Source of the DNA: Calditrichales bacterium
Lineage (GTDB): Bacteria > Calditrichota > Calditrichia > Calditrichales > J004
Reading direction: 5' to 3'
DNA: 64,000 nt
Assembly: GCA_965267575.1 (NCBI GenBank)
Contig: OZ254086.1
Coordinates: 448,001-512,000 of the forward strand
The notes under the pieces are model-generated. The model was not told the origin of the DNA, ran no database searches, and saw only the letters and a list, made by a program, of their open reading frames with translations. Below are positions 20,082-28,362 of this stretch, in pieces (the first letter of the stretch is position 1; each line of letters opens with the position of its first letter). A program made the translations under genes and the position numbers.

Positions 20082-21986
20082 ATGATGCACCTGTCGAGGC
20101 GCCTGTACCTGGGACTGCTTACCGTATTATTTGCTTTTAATTTTTCATCAGCCGGTAGTGCACTAACCATTAGCAATCAAAAAACAGTTTATCTCAGCGG
20201 GCTGGAATATGAGCTGCTTTTTGATGCAGAAGACGGGCAGTTACCTACTGCAGTCAGCTTTAAAGGCGGCGATCGGACGATCGATGTGCGCCTGGACAGC
20301 ACGGCAGAAGGCAGCTTCAAAACTACGGTTTCTTTTCCGGCGTGGGGCACATGGGAATTGTACATCAACGGTAAAGCCGGCAGCGTGGAGATATGGAGCG
20401 TCCCCGGCTGGTTCAGCCTCTTGCCGCCACTGGTGGCCATTGCCCTGGCGCTGATCACCCACCAGGTACTGATCGCCCTGTTTGCCGGTATTTTCATCGG
20501 CGCGCTTATCATTTACGGCTTCAACCCGCTGCAGGGCTTTGTTTACAGCCTAAGCGAATTTATAGCCAAAGCACCGGCGGATCCGGACAATATGGCTATC
20601 CTGGTTTTTAGCCTTACCCTTGGCGGCATGGTCGGCGTTGTTTCCAAAAACGGCGGCACCCAAGGCATCGTGGAAGCTTTGAGCAAATACGCCTCCGACA
20701 CTCGCCGGGGACAGATCGTCACCTGGGCCATGGGCATTCTGATCTTTTTTGACGACTATGCCAACACGCTGATCGTTGGTAACACCATGCGCCCGCTTAC
20801 TGACCGTCTGAAAATAAGCCGCGAAAAACTGGCCTACCTCGTGGATTCCACTGCTGCCCCCATCGCCACGCTGGCCGTAATTTCCACCTGGATCGGATAT
20901 CAGCTCAGCCTGATTGATGAGGCTTTTGGCGCCACCGGCCTCGACATGAACGCTTTTGTTACGTTTCTGCAAACCATACCCTTCAACTTTTACCCGGCGC
21001 TGGCGCTCTTTTTTGGTTTTATGATCGCCTTTACAGGGCGTGATTTTTCAACAATGCGTGCCGCGGAAAAAAGGGCCTGGCACGAAAACAAAGTGCTGGC
21101 AGACGGGGCTACGCCGCTGGCCGATACGGGCAGTGAAGAGATCATGCCACGTGAGGGTGTACCGCTGCGCTGGTACAACGCGCTGGTGCCGGTTGTTATG
21201 GTTATTGCGGTCACCTTTCTTGGGCTGTGGTTTACGGGCCTGGAGAGCCTAAGCCAAAGCGACCGGAACGCCGGCCTGCTGCGCTACATAAGCGCTGTGT
21301 TCGGCAATGCCGATTCATTCAGTGTGTTGATCTGGGGCGCTTTCGCCGGTTCGTTCACGGCCATTATCATGAGCCTTTGGCAAAAGCTGCTTTCACTGAA
21401 CGAAGCGATCAACGCCTGGGTGGGCGGCGTAAAGGCAATGCTCATCGCCGGATTGATCCTGACGCTGGCCTGGGCCATCGGCGACATCTGCGTGGAAGTC
21501 CAGACCGCCGGCTACGTCATCGAGCAAACCCGCGATCTTCTCTCTCCCGTCTGGATACCGACACTTACTTTTCTGATCGCCGGAGTGGTGGCCTTTTCCA
21601 CTGGAACATCCTGGGCGACCATGGCCATCCTTACGCCCATCGTAGTGCCGCTGGCCTGGCACCTGCCGCTGGCCGACAGCGCAATCGGCGCAAGCCAGCA
21701 AAGCAGCATTTTTCTCAGCTCCGTCGCAGCCATCCTCGCCGGCGCCACGTTCGGGGACCATTGCTCACCCATTTCCGACACCACGATCATGTCGTCCATG
21801 GCCTCGGGCTCGGATCATGTGGACCACGTAAAAACACAGTTGCCCTACGCCCTGGTTGTTGGCACCGTTGCCGTGTTATTTGGTTTTATCCCGGCGGGGC
21901 TGGGCATGCACGGATTGTATTTGCTTCCTGTAGGCGCCATCGTACTGGCACTGTTTATACGTTTTGCCGGGAAAAAGACCAACTGA
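20082..21986 (+). CDS. NhaC-family transporter with N-terminal extension
   Basis: SLLPPLVAI, FFDDYAN, DSTAAP, FSTGTSW, GDHCSPISDTT; SD GGAG before ATG. Confidence 0.9.
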   Translation: MMHLSRRLYLGLLTVLFAFNFSSAGSALTISNQKTVYLSGLEYELLFDAEDGQLPTAVSFKGGDRTIDVRLDSTAEGSFKTTVSFPAWGTWELYINGKAGSVEIWSVPGWFSLLPPLVAIALALITHQVLIALFAGIFIGALIIYGFNPLQGFVYSLSEFIAKAPADPDNMAILVFSLTLGGMVGVVSKNGGTQGIVEALSKYASDTRRGQIVTWAMGILIFFDDYANTLIVGNTMRPLTDRLKISREKLAYLVDSTAAPIATLAVISTWIGYQLSLIDEAFGATGLDMNAFVTFLQTIPFNFYPALALFFGFMIAFTGRDFSTMRAAEKRAWHENKVLADGATPLADTGSEEIMPREGVPLRWYNALVPVVMVIAVTFLGLWFTGLESLSQSDRNAGLLRYISAVFGNADSFSVLIWGAFAGSFTAIIMSLWQKLLSLNEAINAWVGGVKAMLIAGLILTLAWAIGDICVEVQTAGYVIEQTRDLLSPVWIPTLTFLIAGVVAFSTGTSWATMAILTPIVVPLAWHLPLADSAIGASQQSSIFLSSVAAILAGATFGDHCSPISDTTIMSSMASGSDHVDHVKTQLPYALVVGTVAVLFGFIPAGLGMHGLYLLPVGAIVLALFIRFAGKKTN

Positions 21987-22083
21987 CGGTTAGCGGTTGT
22001 CGCCCGGGCACCTGGCCGGGCCGGAGAAATGGAACAGGTACATTGGTGAATTAACCATCTACCTGAATACCCTAATACATTCC

Positions 22084-22641
22084 TTAAACCAATTCGCTTA
22101 AGGTATGCACATTTACACCGGGACTTGCCGGCGAGATATAGTTGGCGTTATAAGGATGTTCCATCACCTGGATGGCGTAGCGGTTGGAAACAAGTTGGTT
22201 GAAATGGCTTTCAAGGCGGCCACCGGGCGAAATATATAAAAACAGCACGCTGTTCACCTGACTGATCATAAGGTTGTCGCGGCGGTCAATATCTTCACGA
22301 GACGGCCTGTTGTTGCGCGTACCGGGTGAAACCAACAGCAGCTTGGACTCCGCGTTTATGGCTTTCAGGCGGTCTTTCATAACAAACTGGTTGATATCTT
22401 CTGCAAGATAGTAGATGATCCCGGCGCGCATGGCCGGATGCACCCGAGACAACAGGTGTTTTTCCAGCGGAGCCTGCCAGCCGCCGGCAAGAGCAATGGG
22501 CATGTCCAGCAGTTTTTTAAACAGAGCCTCCGCACGGGGATACAACTCTTTTGGCGTCTCGCGGGAGGCAAACAGCGCCACCACGCGACGGCTTAACAGT
22601 TCAATATTTCCGGTTGATTCAAATTGGGCGAAAGAGTCCAT
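22084..22641 (-). CDS. SLOG/DprA-like Rossmannoid protein
   Basis: GNIELL..VALFASR, AGGWQAPLEK, RRDNLM, SPGGRL resemble SLOG-family proteins. Confidence 0.55.
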   Translation of the reverse strand: MDSFAQFESTGNIELLSRRVVALFASRETPKELYPRAEALFKKLLDMPIALAGGWQAPLEKHLLSRVHPAMRAGIIYYLAEDINQFVMKDRLKAINAESKLLLVSPGTRNNRPSREDIDRRDNLMISQVNSVLFLYISPGGRLESHFNQLVSNRYAIQVMEHPYNANYISPASPGVNVHTLSELV

Positions 22642-24008
22642 CAGGCCAGTTCGTTGTCTTTAAATGCCTTCACGGTTAAATCAAAATCATCAGCAAGCTC
22701 TTTTTCCACCTCTTTGCGGTCGGCAGACACCACAACCAGCAATTCATCAGGATGAAAATATTTTTGGGCAGCATCCTGAACCTGCTCAGCTGTTACGGCG
22801 GTCATACGCTCGCGGTAGGTGCGATAATAATCATCTTCCAGGCCATGCACAACAATGTTAGACAAGCCGGCAGCAATCTGCAAGCCGCTTTCAAAAGCGA
22901 TAGGAAATATACCGGTCATATAGCCGAGGGCATTCTGCAGCTCCTTCTCCCCCACTTTTTCCTGCTGCAGCTTTTTCATTTCGCGGATGATCTCGCTGAT
23001 GGCGCTTCCGGCATGCTGCGTATCCACCGCACTGGAGATCATGAACGGCCCTGCTCCCTTACGCATGATGAAGCGTGAGTTAATGCCGTAGGTCAATCCT
23101 TTTTCCTCACGCAGGTTCAGATTAAGCCGGGAAAGAAAATAACCACCCAAAATCTGATTGAGCACCACGCAGGCATAATAATCCTCGCTGTGCCGGTCTA
23201 TCCCGATATGGCCCAGCCTTATCTCGGCCTGCCGGGCGCCGGGCCGGTCCACAAGATGCAGGTGCAGCGGTTGCTGATTGTAACTCTGCACATCACGTGC
23301 CTTGCGCTCCTGCTTTCCCTTCCAGTTTTCAAAATAGCGCCGTGAAAGCTCCTCCGCCTCCCCGCGGTTTAAATCACCCACGATGATCAGCGTGGCATCC
23401 TGCGGGCGGTAACCCTGCCGGAAAAATTCGCGCAGGGCTTTTGCGTCAATAGCGGCAATTTCTTTTTGTGTTCCGCTCAGCGGTTTACCGTAACGCGCGG
23501 CACCATATAAGCGGCTGTAAAAATACTCCGATGCAATTCGTCCCGGGCTGTCAATAACATGCAGACGCTGGTTCAACAACTGTTTGCGCGACCGCTCCAC
23601 CTCGTCATCGGGAATCGTGGCATTAAACAAAATATCGCAAAAGAGATCGAGTGAGCTGTCGAGCTGGCGTTTTACACTGTTCAGTTCCAGGAAGCTGGCG
23701 TTCCAGTCAGCATGTCCGGCAATGTGCGTACCCAAGTGCTCCATCTCGCTGGAAATGGTATAGGCATCCCGCGATGGCGTGCCCTCCGTAAGCAGATCCG
23801 CGGCCACGGAAGCCAGACCTTCACCACCCTCAGGGTCATGATCGGCGCCGGCATTCAGACAAACCTGAATGCTGACCAGCGGCAACTTGGTATGCGGCAC
23901 ATGAATAACCTGCAGACCGTTCTTTAGCGTAAAACGATCAAATAATGGAAAATTAAAGGGACGCGGCTTTTGCGCTGCCGGTACTTTGGTGCGATCGAAA
24001 TCAGCCAT
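22641..24008 (-). CDS. M16B peptidase, non-catalytic subunit
   Basis: LKNGL, SRLNLNLREEKGLTYG; no HxxEH. Confidence 0.9.
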   Translation of the reverse strand: MADFDRTKVPAAQKPRPFNFPLFDRFTLKNGLQVIHVPHTKLPLVSIQVCLNAGADHDPEGGEGLASVAADLLTEGTPSRDAYTISSEMEHLGTHIAGHADWNASFLELNSVKRQLDSSLDLFCDILFNATIPDDEVERSRKQLLNQRLHVIDSPGRIASEYFYSRLYGAARYGKPLSGTQKEIAAIDAKALREFFRQGYRPQDATLIIVGDLNRGEAEELSRRYFENWKGKQERKARDVQSYNQQPLHLHLVDRPGARQAEIRLGHIGIDRHSEDYYACVVLNQILGGYFLSRLNLNLREEKGLTYGINSRFIMRKGAGPFMISSAVDTQHAGSAISEIIREMKKLQQEKVGEKELQNALGYMTGIFPIAFESGLQIAAGLSNIVVHGLEDDYYRTYRERMTAVTAEQVQDAAQKYFHPDELLVVVSADRKEVEKELADDFDLTVKAFKDNELA

Positions 24009-25278
24009 CGGCCCGTCCTTCCGGCAGGTAGTGCAGCACGATCCTGTTTTCGTTTTTGATGTAGATTTGTGCTATGTTTTCCACCTGCTTGCGTGTAATA
24101 GCGGCATAGATTTCAGGTTCGCGATTGATGTAACCGGGGTCTCTAAATTGAACCGCCGCCCGATTGAATGTGTCGGCCAGGCTTTCAATACTTTGCAGTT
24201 CCCTTACCTGTTGCGCTTCAATCTGGTTTTTCACGCGTTGCATCTCGTCTTCCCTAATGCCTTTTTCAATAACGCCTGCCAACTCTTCGTCCAGGGCTTT
24301 TTGCAGCTCTTCAACGGTTGTTCCCTGCTGAGCCGTCGCCACAACCACAAACAATGCCGTGCCTTCAGTGCCAAAGGTAAAGGCATAGGCGCTTTGGGCC
24401 ACCTGCTTTGTATAAACAAGATCATAATAGAAACGGGCGCTCTTGCCGGAGGACAAAACATCGGCCAGGAAATCCGCGGCATACCAGCTATCGCTGCCGT
24501 AGGCCGGAATGTGATACGCCATGTATATGCGCGGAAGCTGAATATTGTCATGCACCACCTCGCGCTTTTCACCACGGAAAGCGCCTTCGAAGCGGCTGGA
24601 AACGGATGGTATCTCCTGCACGCCACGAATTGAGCCAAAGTAACGTTCGATCCACTCCGTTGCCTGGCGCCGGTTAAAATCACCCGCCACACACAGCGAG
24701 GCATTGGCCGGGCTGTAATAGGTTTTAAAAAAGGATTTAATATCGTCGAGTGTGGCAGCGTCCAAGTCATCCATATAACCGATTACGGGCCAGTGATAGG
24801 GGAAATCTTTGGGGTAAGCCAGGGCCAGCATCTTCTCCAGCCAGGTGCCGTAGGGCTGGTTATCGACACGCTGGCGACGCTCGTTTTTTACTACCTCGCG
24901 CTGATTGTCCAGCTTCTCCTGCGTCATGGAAGGAAGCAGAAATCCCATTCTGTCTGCTTCCAGCCAAAGGGCCAGCTCCAGGTGGTGCGAAGGGACCGTT
25001 TCAAAATAATTTGTACGGTTAAAAGACGTGGAACCGTTAACCGAACTGCCGATACTTTGCAGCAGGCGGAAATGCATTTCGCTGCCCACGTTTTCACTGC
25101 CCTGAAACATCATGTGCTCAAACAGGTGGGCAAAGCCGGTCTTGCCGGGCTTTTCATTCCAACTGCCAACATGGTACCATACGTTTACACTGGCAATCGG
25201 CGTGCTCGGATCATGATGAAGTATTACATTGAGGCCATTCTCAAGACGGTATTGTTCGTACTTTAGGTTTAGTCGCAT
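24001..25278 (-). CDS. M16B (pitrilysin-family) zinc peptidase, catalytic subunit
   Basis: GFAHLFEHMMF; overlaps partner gene. Confidence 0.93.
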   Translation of the reverse strand: MRLNLKYEQYRLENGLNVILHHDPSTPIASVNVWYHVGSWNEKPGKTGFAHLFEHMMFQGSENVGSEMHFRLLQSIGSSVNGSTSFNRTNYFETVPSHHLELALWLEADRMGFLLPSMTQEKLDNQREVVKNERRQRVDNQPYGTWLEKMLALAYPKDFPYHWPVIGYMDDLDAATLDDIKSFFKTYYSPANASLCVAGDFNRRQATEWIERYFGSIRGVQEIPSVSSRFEGAFRGEKREVVHDNIQLPRIYMAYHIPAYGSDSWYAADFLADVLSSGKSARFYYDLVYTKQVAQSAYAFTFGTEGTALFVVVATAQQGTTVEELQKALDEELAGVIEKGIREDEMQRVKNQIEAQQVRELQSIESLADTFNRAAVQFRDPGYINREPEIYAAITRKQVENIAQIYIKNENRIVLHYLPEGRADG

Positions 25279-25287
25279 AAGCAGGGC

Positions 25288-25854
25288 TTACAGCAGACTT
25301 TGTACGATTTTTTCGAATGTCTCGTAGGGGCGGGAGCCCTCTATCCTGCCAATGGCGCTGCCATCGCGCCCCACCACAAATGTTTGCGGGATGGACGAAA
25401 TGCCGCCGTATGCAGCCACGACATTGCCGTTGGCTTTAAGTACAGGGTAGTTAATGTTGTAGGACTCCATAAAAGCCGGCACTTTGGGCAAATCGTCCGG
25501 ATTGTCAACGGTGATTCCTAAAATCACGAAACCGTCATTACCATATTTCTCAATCAACTCCACAAAATGGGGGATCTCATTGCGGCAGGGTCCGCACCAT
25601 GTTGCCCAAAAATTGACAAATACCAGCTTACCGCGGTAATCGGACAGCGACACCATATTGCCATCCATGTCCTGTAAGGCAAAATCCGGCGCCTGTGGAG
25701 CCTGCTCCTGGGTCGCCGCCTGCGGTGCCTGCGAAGATGCCTGTTGCGTTGCGGATGAATCATCATTTAAAAACACAAATCCAACCAAAACCGCTGCCAC
25801 AATCACGGCAGCGCCATACCACAGTAAATTGGAATTATTTTTACTATTGCTCAT
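25288..25854 (-). CDS. TlpA/ResA-family membrane-anchored thiol-disulfide oxidoreductase
   Basis: N-terminal TM; NFWATWCGPC; SSIPQTF. Confidence 0.92.
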   Translation of the reverse strand: MSNSKNNSNLLWYGAAVIVAAVLVGFVFLNDDSSATQQASSQAPQAATQEQAPQAPDFALQDMDGNMVSLSDYRGKLVFVNFWATWCGPCRNEIPHFVELIEKYGNDGFVILGITVDNPDDLPKVPAFMESYNINYPVLKANGNVVAAYGGISSIPQTFVVGRDGSAIGRIEGSRPYETFEKIVQSLL

Positions 25855-26128
25855 TTCTTTTCCTTATCTCATTATTAATGTCCTTGAATTCGCCAAGACC
25901 CAGGCAATCGAAAAGACGCTCTTTTGTCTCTTCGGGCAGGGTCTCACTGCATTCGCATTCCTTGCACAAAACCACGGTCTTACGCATCGTATCATAATAA
26001 ATGCGCACCTCGCGGCAATCGCTCAATGTTTTTTTCAATTCGGCGCAAGCCTCGCCATCCAGATCTTCGCAAAGATATTTGCGGATCAGCTTATATTGTT
26101 TTTTTAATTTTTTGTCATCCATTGGCAT
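25844..26128 (-). CDS. Small Cys-rich putative anti-sigma factor (degenerate ZAS)
   Basis: Overlaps the ECF sigma stop; SD GAGGAAAGG; YLCEDLDGEACAELKKTLSDCREV. Confidence 0.7.
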   Translation of the reverse strand: MPMDDKKLKKQYKLIRKYLCEDLDGEACAELKKTLSDCREVRIYYDTMRKTVVLCKECECSETLPEETKERLFDCLGLGEFKDINNEIRKRNEQ

Positions 26129-26702
26129 CAACCAGCCTTTCCTCAAAATAATCGGATAATTCCCTGCGTAATTTCTGGCGCGCCCTAAGCAGGCGAATTT
26201 TCACGTTCTCCTCCGTAATATTCAGCACCTCGCCCGTGTCCCGCGTCGAGAGCCCCTCGATGTCGCGCAGCACAAAAACGGTGCGATATTTATCATCCAG
26301 TTTATTTATGGCACTGTCGATTTTTGATCTTACTTCGTCATTATACAGATCAAACGTCGGGTCCTGGCTCCAGTCTACCATATTTTGAATATCACTGAAT
26401 TCCATGTCCGAATCGCTTTCCACCATGTTGCTGCGTCTTACTTTTTTCTTGCGTATCAGCATCAGCGCGGAGTTTGTAGCGATGCGGTAAACCCAGGTAA
26501 AAAAACTGCTTCGCCCGTCAAAAGTGTGCAGCTTGCGGATGACGGTTAGAAACGTATCCTGCAGCACGTCTTCGGCTTCTTCACGGTTGCGTAGAATCCT
26601 TAAAGCCAGGTTATAAACCCGTTCGCTATAGCGATTTACCAGAACGCTCAGAGCGCGCTTGTCGCCTTGTTTGGCTTGCTCTATGGTTAAGGCTTCGTCC
26701 AA
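26115..26702 (-). CDS. ECF-type sigma-70 factor
   Basis: AEDVLQDTF, FFTWVYRIATN, VFVLRDIEGLS, VKIRLLRAR. Confidence 0.95.
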   Translation of the reverse strand: MDEALTIEQAKQGDKRALSVLVNRYSERVYNLALRILRNREEAEDVLQDTFLTVIRKLHTFDGRSSFFTWVYRIATNSALMLIRKKKVRRSNMVESDSDMEFSDIQNMVDWSQDPTFDLYNDEVRSKIDSAINKLDDKYRTVFVLRDIEGLSTRDTGEVLNITEENVKIRLLRARQKLRRELSDYFEERLVDANG

Positions 26703-26913
26703 AATCGATCCTTTTGTTATGATGATTCCTGCTCTTTACGGTTACAGCTTTTAGAAAATACACAAATTCTTCTGTTTTGTCATAATTGATTCGTTCCATA
26801 TTTATCACAAAAGTGCCGCTGATGGGAAAGCGCTGAATTGATGGATTGGTGCATTGACGAACTATTTGCCCGGCATGCCGGATTATGATTTGGACGGTAC
26901 CAGGTTTAAGCGG

Positions 26914-27693
26914 CTACATCTTAACATCATAAGGCAAAATGTAAATCGAGTCGGTGAAGGGATTGATATCGATATACACTTTTACGCCATAGACCTCTTC
27001 GATAACGGGAAACTTCAGCACATCATGCGGCGAGCCGTAGCGCACAACGCGGCCCTCGTGCAGCATGATCAGCCGGTCGCAATACTGGGCGGCCAGGTTG
27101 ATGTCGTGAGTAACCGTGATGACGGTTTTACCTTCGTCATGGCACAGACGGCGCACGGTGCGGTAAATATCCTGCTGGTGGCGTAAATCCAGCGCGGAGG
27201 TAGGTTCATCGAGTAACAACAGGCTGCTTTGCTGAGCCAGGGCGCTGGCAATCAGCACACGCTGTTTTTCGCCTCCGCTCAGGGCATTAAAACCTCGTGT
27301 GCGAAATTCGGCAAGATCCATCGCGGCAAGGGCTTCTTTAACGGCTTTGCGGCCCTGTTCATCCACACCCAGCAGCGTGCGCTTGTAAGGGTAGCGCCCC
27401 ATTTGCACCACTTCATCCACGCTGAAATCAAAATGTACATCCACGTTTTGCGGTACATAAGCCAGCAAACGGGCGATATCGGCACGCCCCAGTTTGGCCA
27501 GCGGCTGCCCGTTTATCTGAATTCTTCCTGCCTGCGGCTGTAACAATCCCGCCACAACCTTTATGAGCGTGGTTTTGCCGGCACCGTTGGGACCGATTAT
27601 CCCGCTGATTTTGCCTTCGGGAATCCGCAGCGAAATGTTATCCAGCAACGGCTCCGCGCCATAACTGAAACTAAGTGCTTCGATGTTTACCAT
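26914..27693 (-). CDS. Cobalamin/iron-chelate ABC transporter ATPase (BtuD/FecE-like)
   Basis: GPNGAGKTT, LSGGEKQRV, LLLDEPT, THDINLA. Confidence 0.9.
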   Translation of the reverse strand: MVNIEALSFSYGAEPLLDNISLRIPEGKISGIIGPNGAGKTTLIKVVAGLLQPQAGRIQINGQPLAKLGRADIARLLAYVPQNVDVHFDFSVDEVVQMGRYPYKRTLLGVDEQGRKAVKEALAAMDLAEFRTRGFNALSGGEKQRVLIASALAQQSSLLLLDEPTSALDLRHQQDIYRTVRRLCHDEGKTVITVTHDINLAAQYCDRLIMLHEGRVVRYGSPHDVLKFPVIEEVYGVKVYIDINPFTDSIYILPYDVKM

Positions 27694-27730
27694 AAATAAA
27701 AAAAGGTTGCCCCCTGCAGAGACAACCTTT
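27694..27730 (-). terminator. Intrinsic terminator after nrdJb
   Basis: AAAGGTTGTCTC-TGCAG-GGGGCAACCTTT followed by a T-run; G-U pairs work only on the minus strand. Confidence 0.8.
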
Positions 27731-27750
27731 CATTTAGTTTTTTCATCAGA

Positions 27751-28353
27751 TTACTTGTCGCACTTACTATAACCGCACTCGGGGTTAACGCATGTCAGGC
27801 AGCCGTTTTCCATTTTGACGCTTCTTTCGCTGCAATCGGGGCAAATTTGAAATTCGGTATTGGCCGCAGCAGCAACGGGAACCGCTGGTTCTTTTACGGG
27901 TGTCACCTTGTCGGGCTGCGCTTCCATAATGCCGATCTCCGTAAACCAGCGCCGGATCACGTCGGCAATCTCGCTGTAGAAGCTGTGCACGTATTTGCCA
28001 TTACGGTGATAGCCGCCGTTGGGATCGTGGATACTGCTCAGCTCTTCCAGGATAAATTCAGGATTGGCGCTTTTGCGGAAAATGGCCGAAAGCAGGCGCG
28101 TAAGCACAGCGTACTCGGCGTTTTTGGTCAGGTCTTTGCTGTTAATAAAAATCTCAATGGGACGCTTACGACCGTTTTGCTCAATCCAGCCCAGGGTTAT
28201 ATAGACGCTGTGCTTAACAAAGCCGCTGCGCAGTTTGTATACCTTGGCATCCACCACGTTCGGGCGTTCGACAATATGTTCTTCAACGTGATCAAGAGGT
28301 TCTTCGTTTTCTACCTCTCGGATCTCAAAATTATGATCTTCCAAACGGATCAT
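27751..28353 (-). CDS. Class II ribonucleotide reductase small component (NrdJb/TSCPD-like with Zn ribbon)
   Basis: RPIEIFINSK, TRLLSAIFR, CPDC...ENGCLTCVNPECGYSKC; follows nrdJa. Confidence 0.85.
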   Translation of the reverse strand: MIRLEDHNFEIREVENEEPLDHVEEHIVERPNVVDAKVYKLRSGFVKHSVYITLGWIEQNGRKRPIEIFINSKDLTKNAEYAVLTRLLSAIFRKSANPEFILEELSSIHDPNGGYHRNGKYVHSFYSEIADVIRRWFTEIGIMEAQPDKVTPVKEPAVPVAAAANTEFQICPDCSERSVKMENGCLTCVNPECGYSKCDK

Positions 28354-28362
28354 GCTGCCCCC

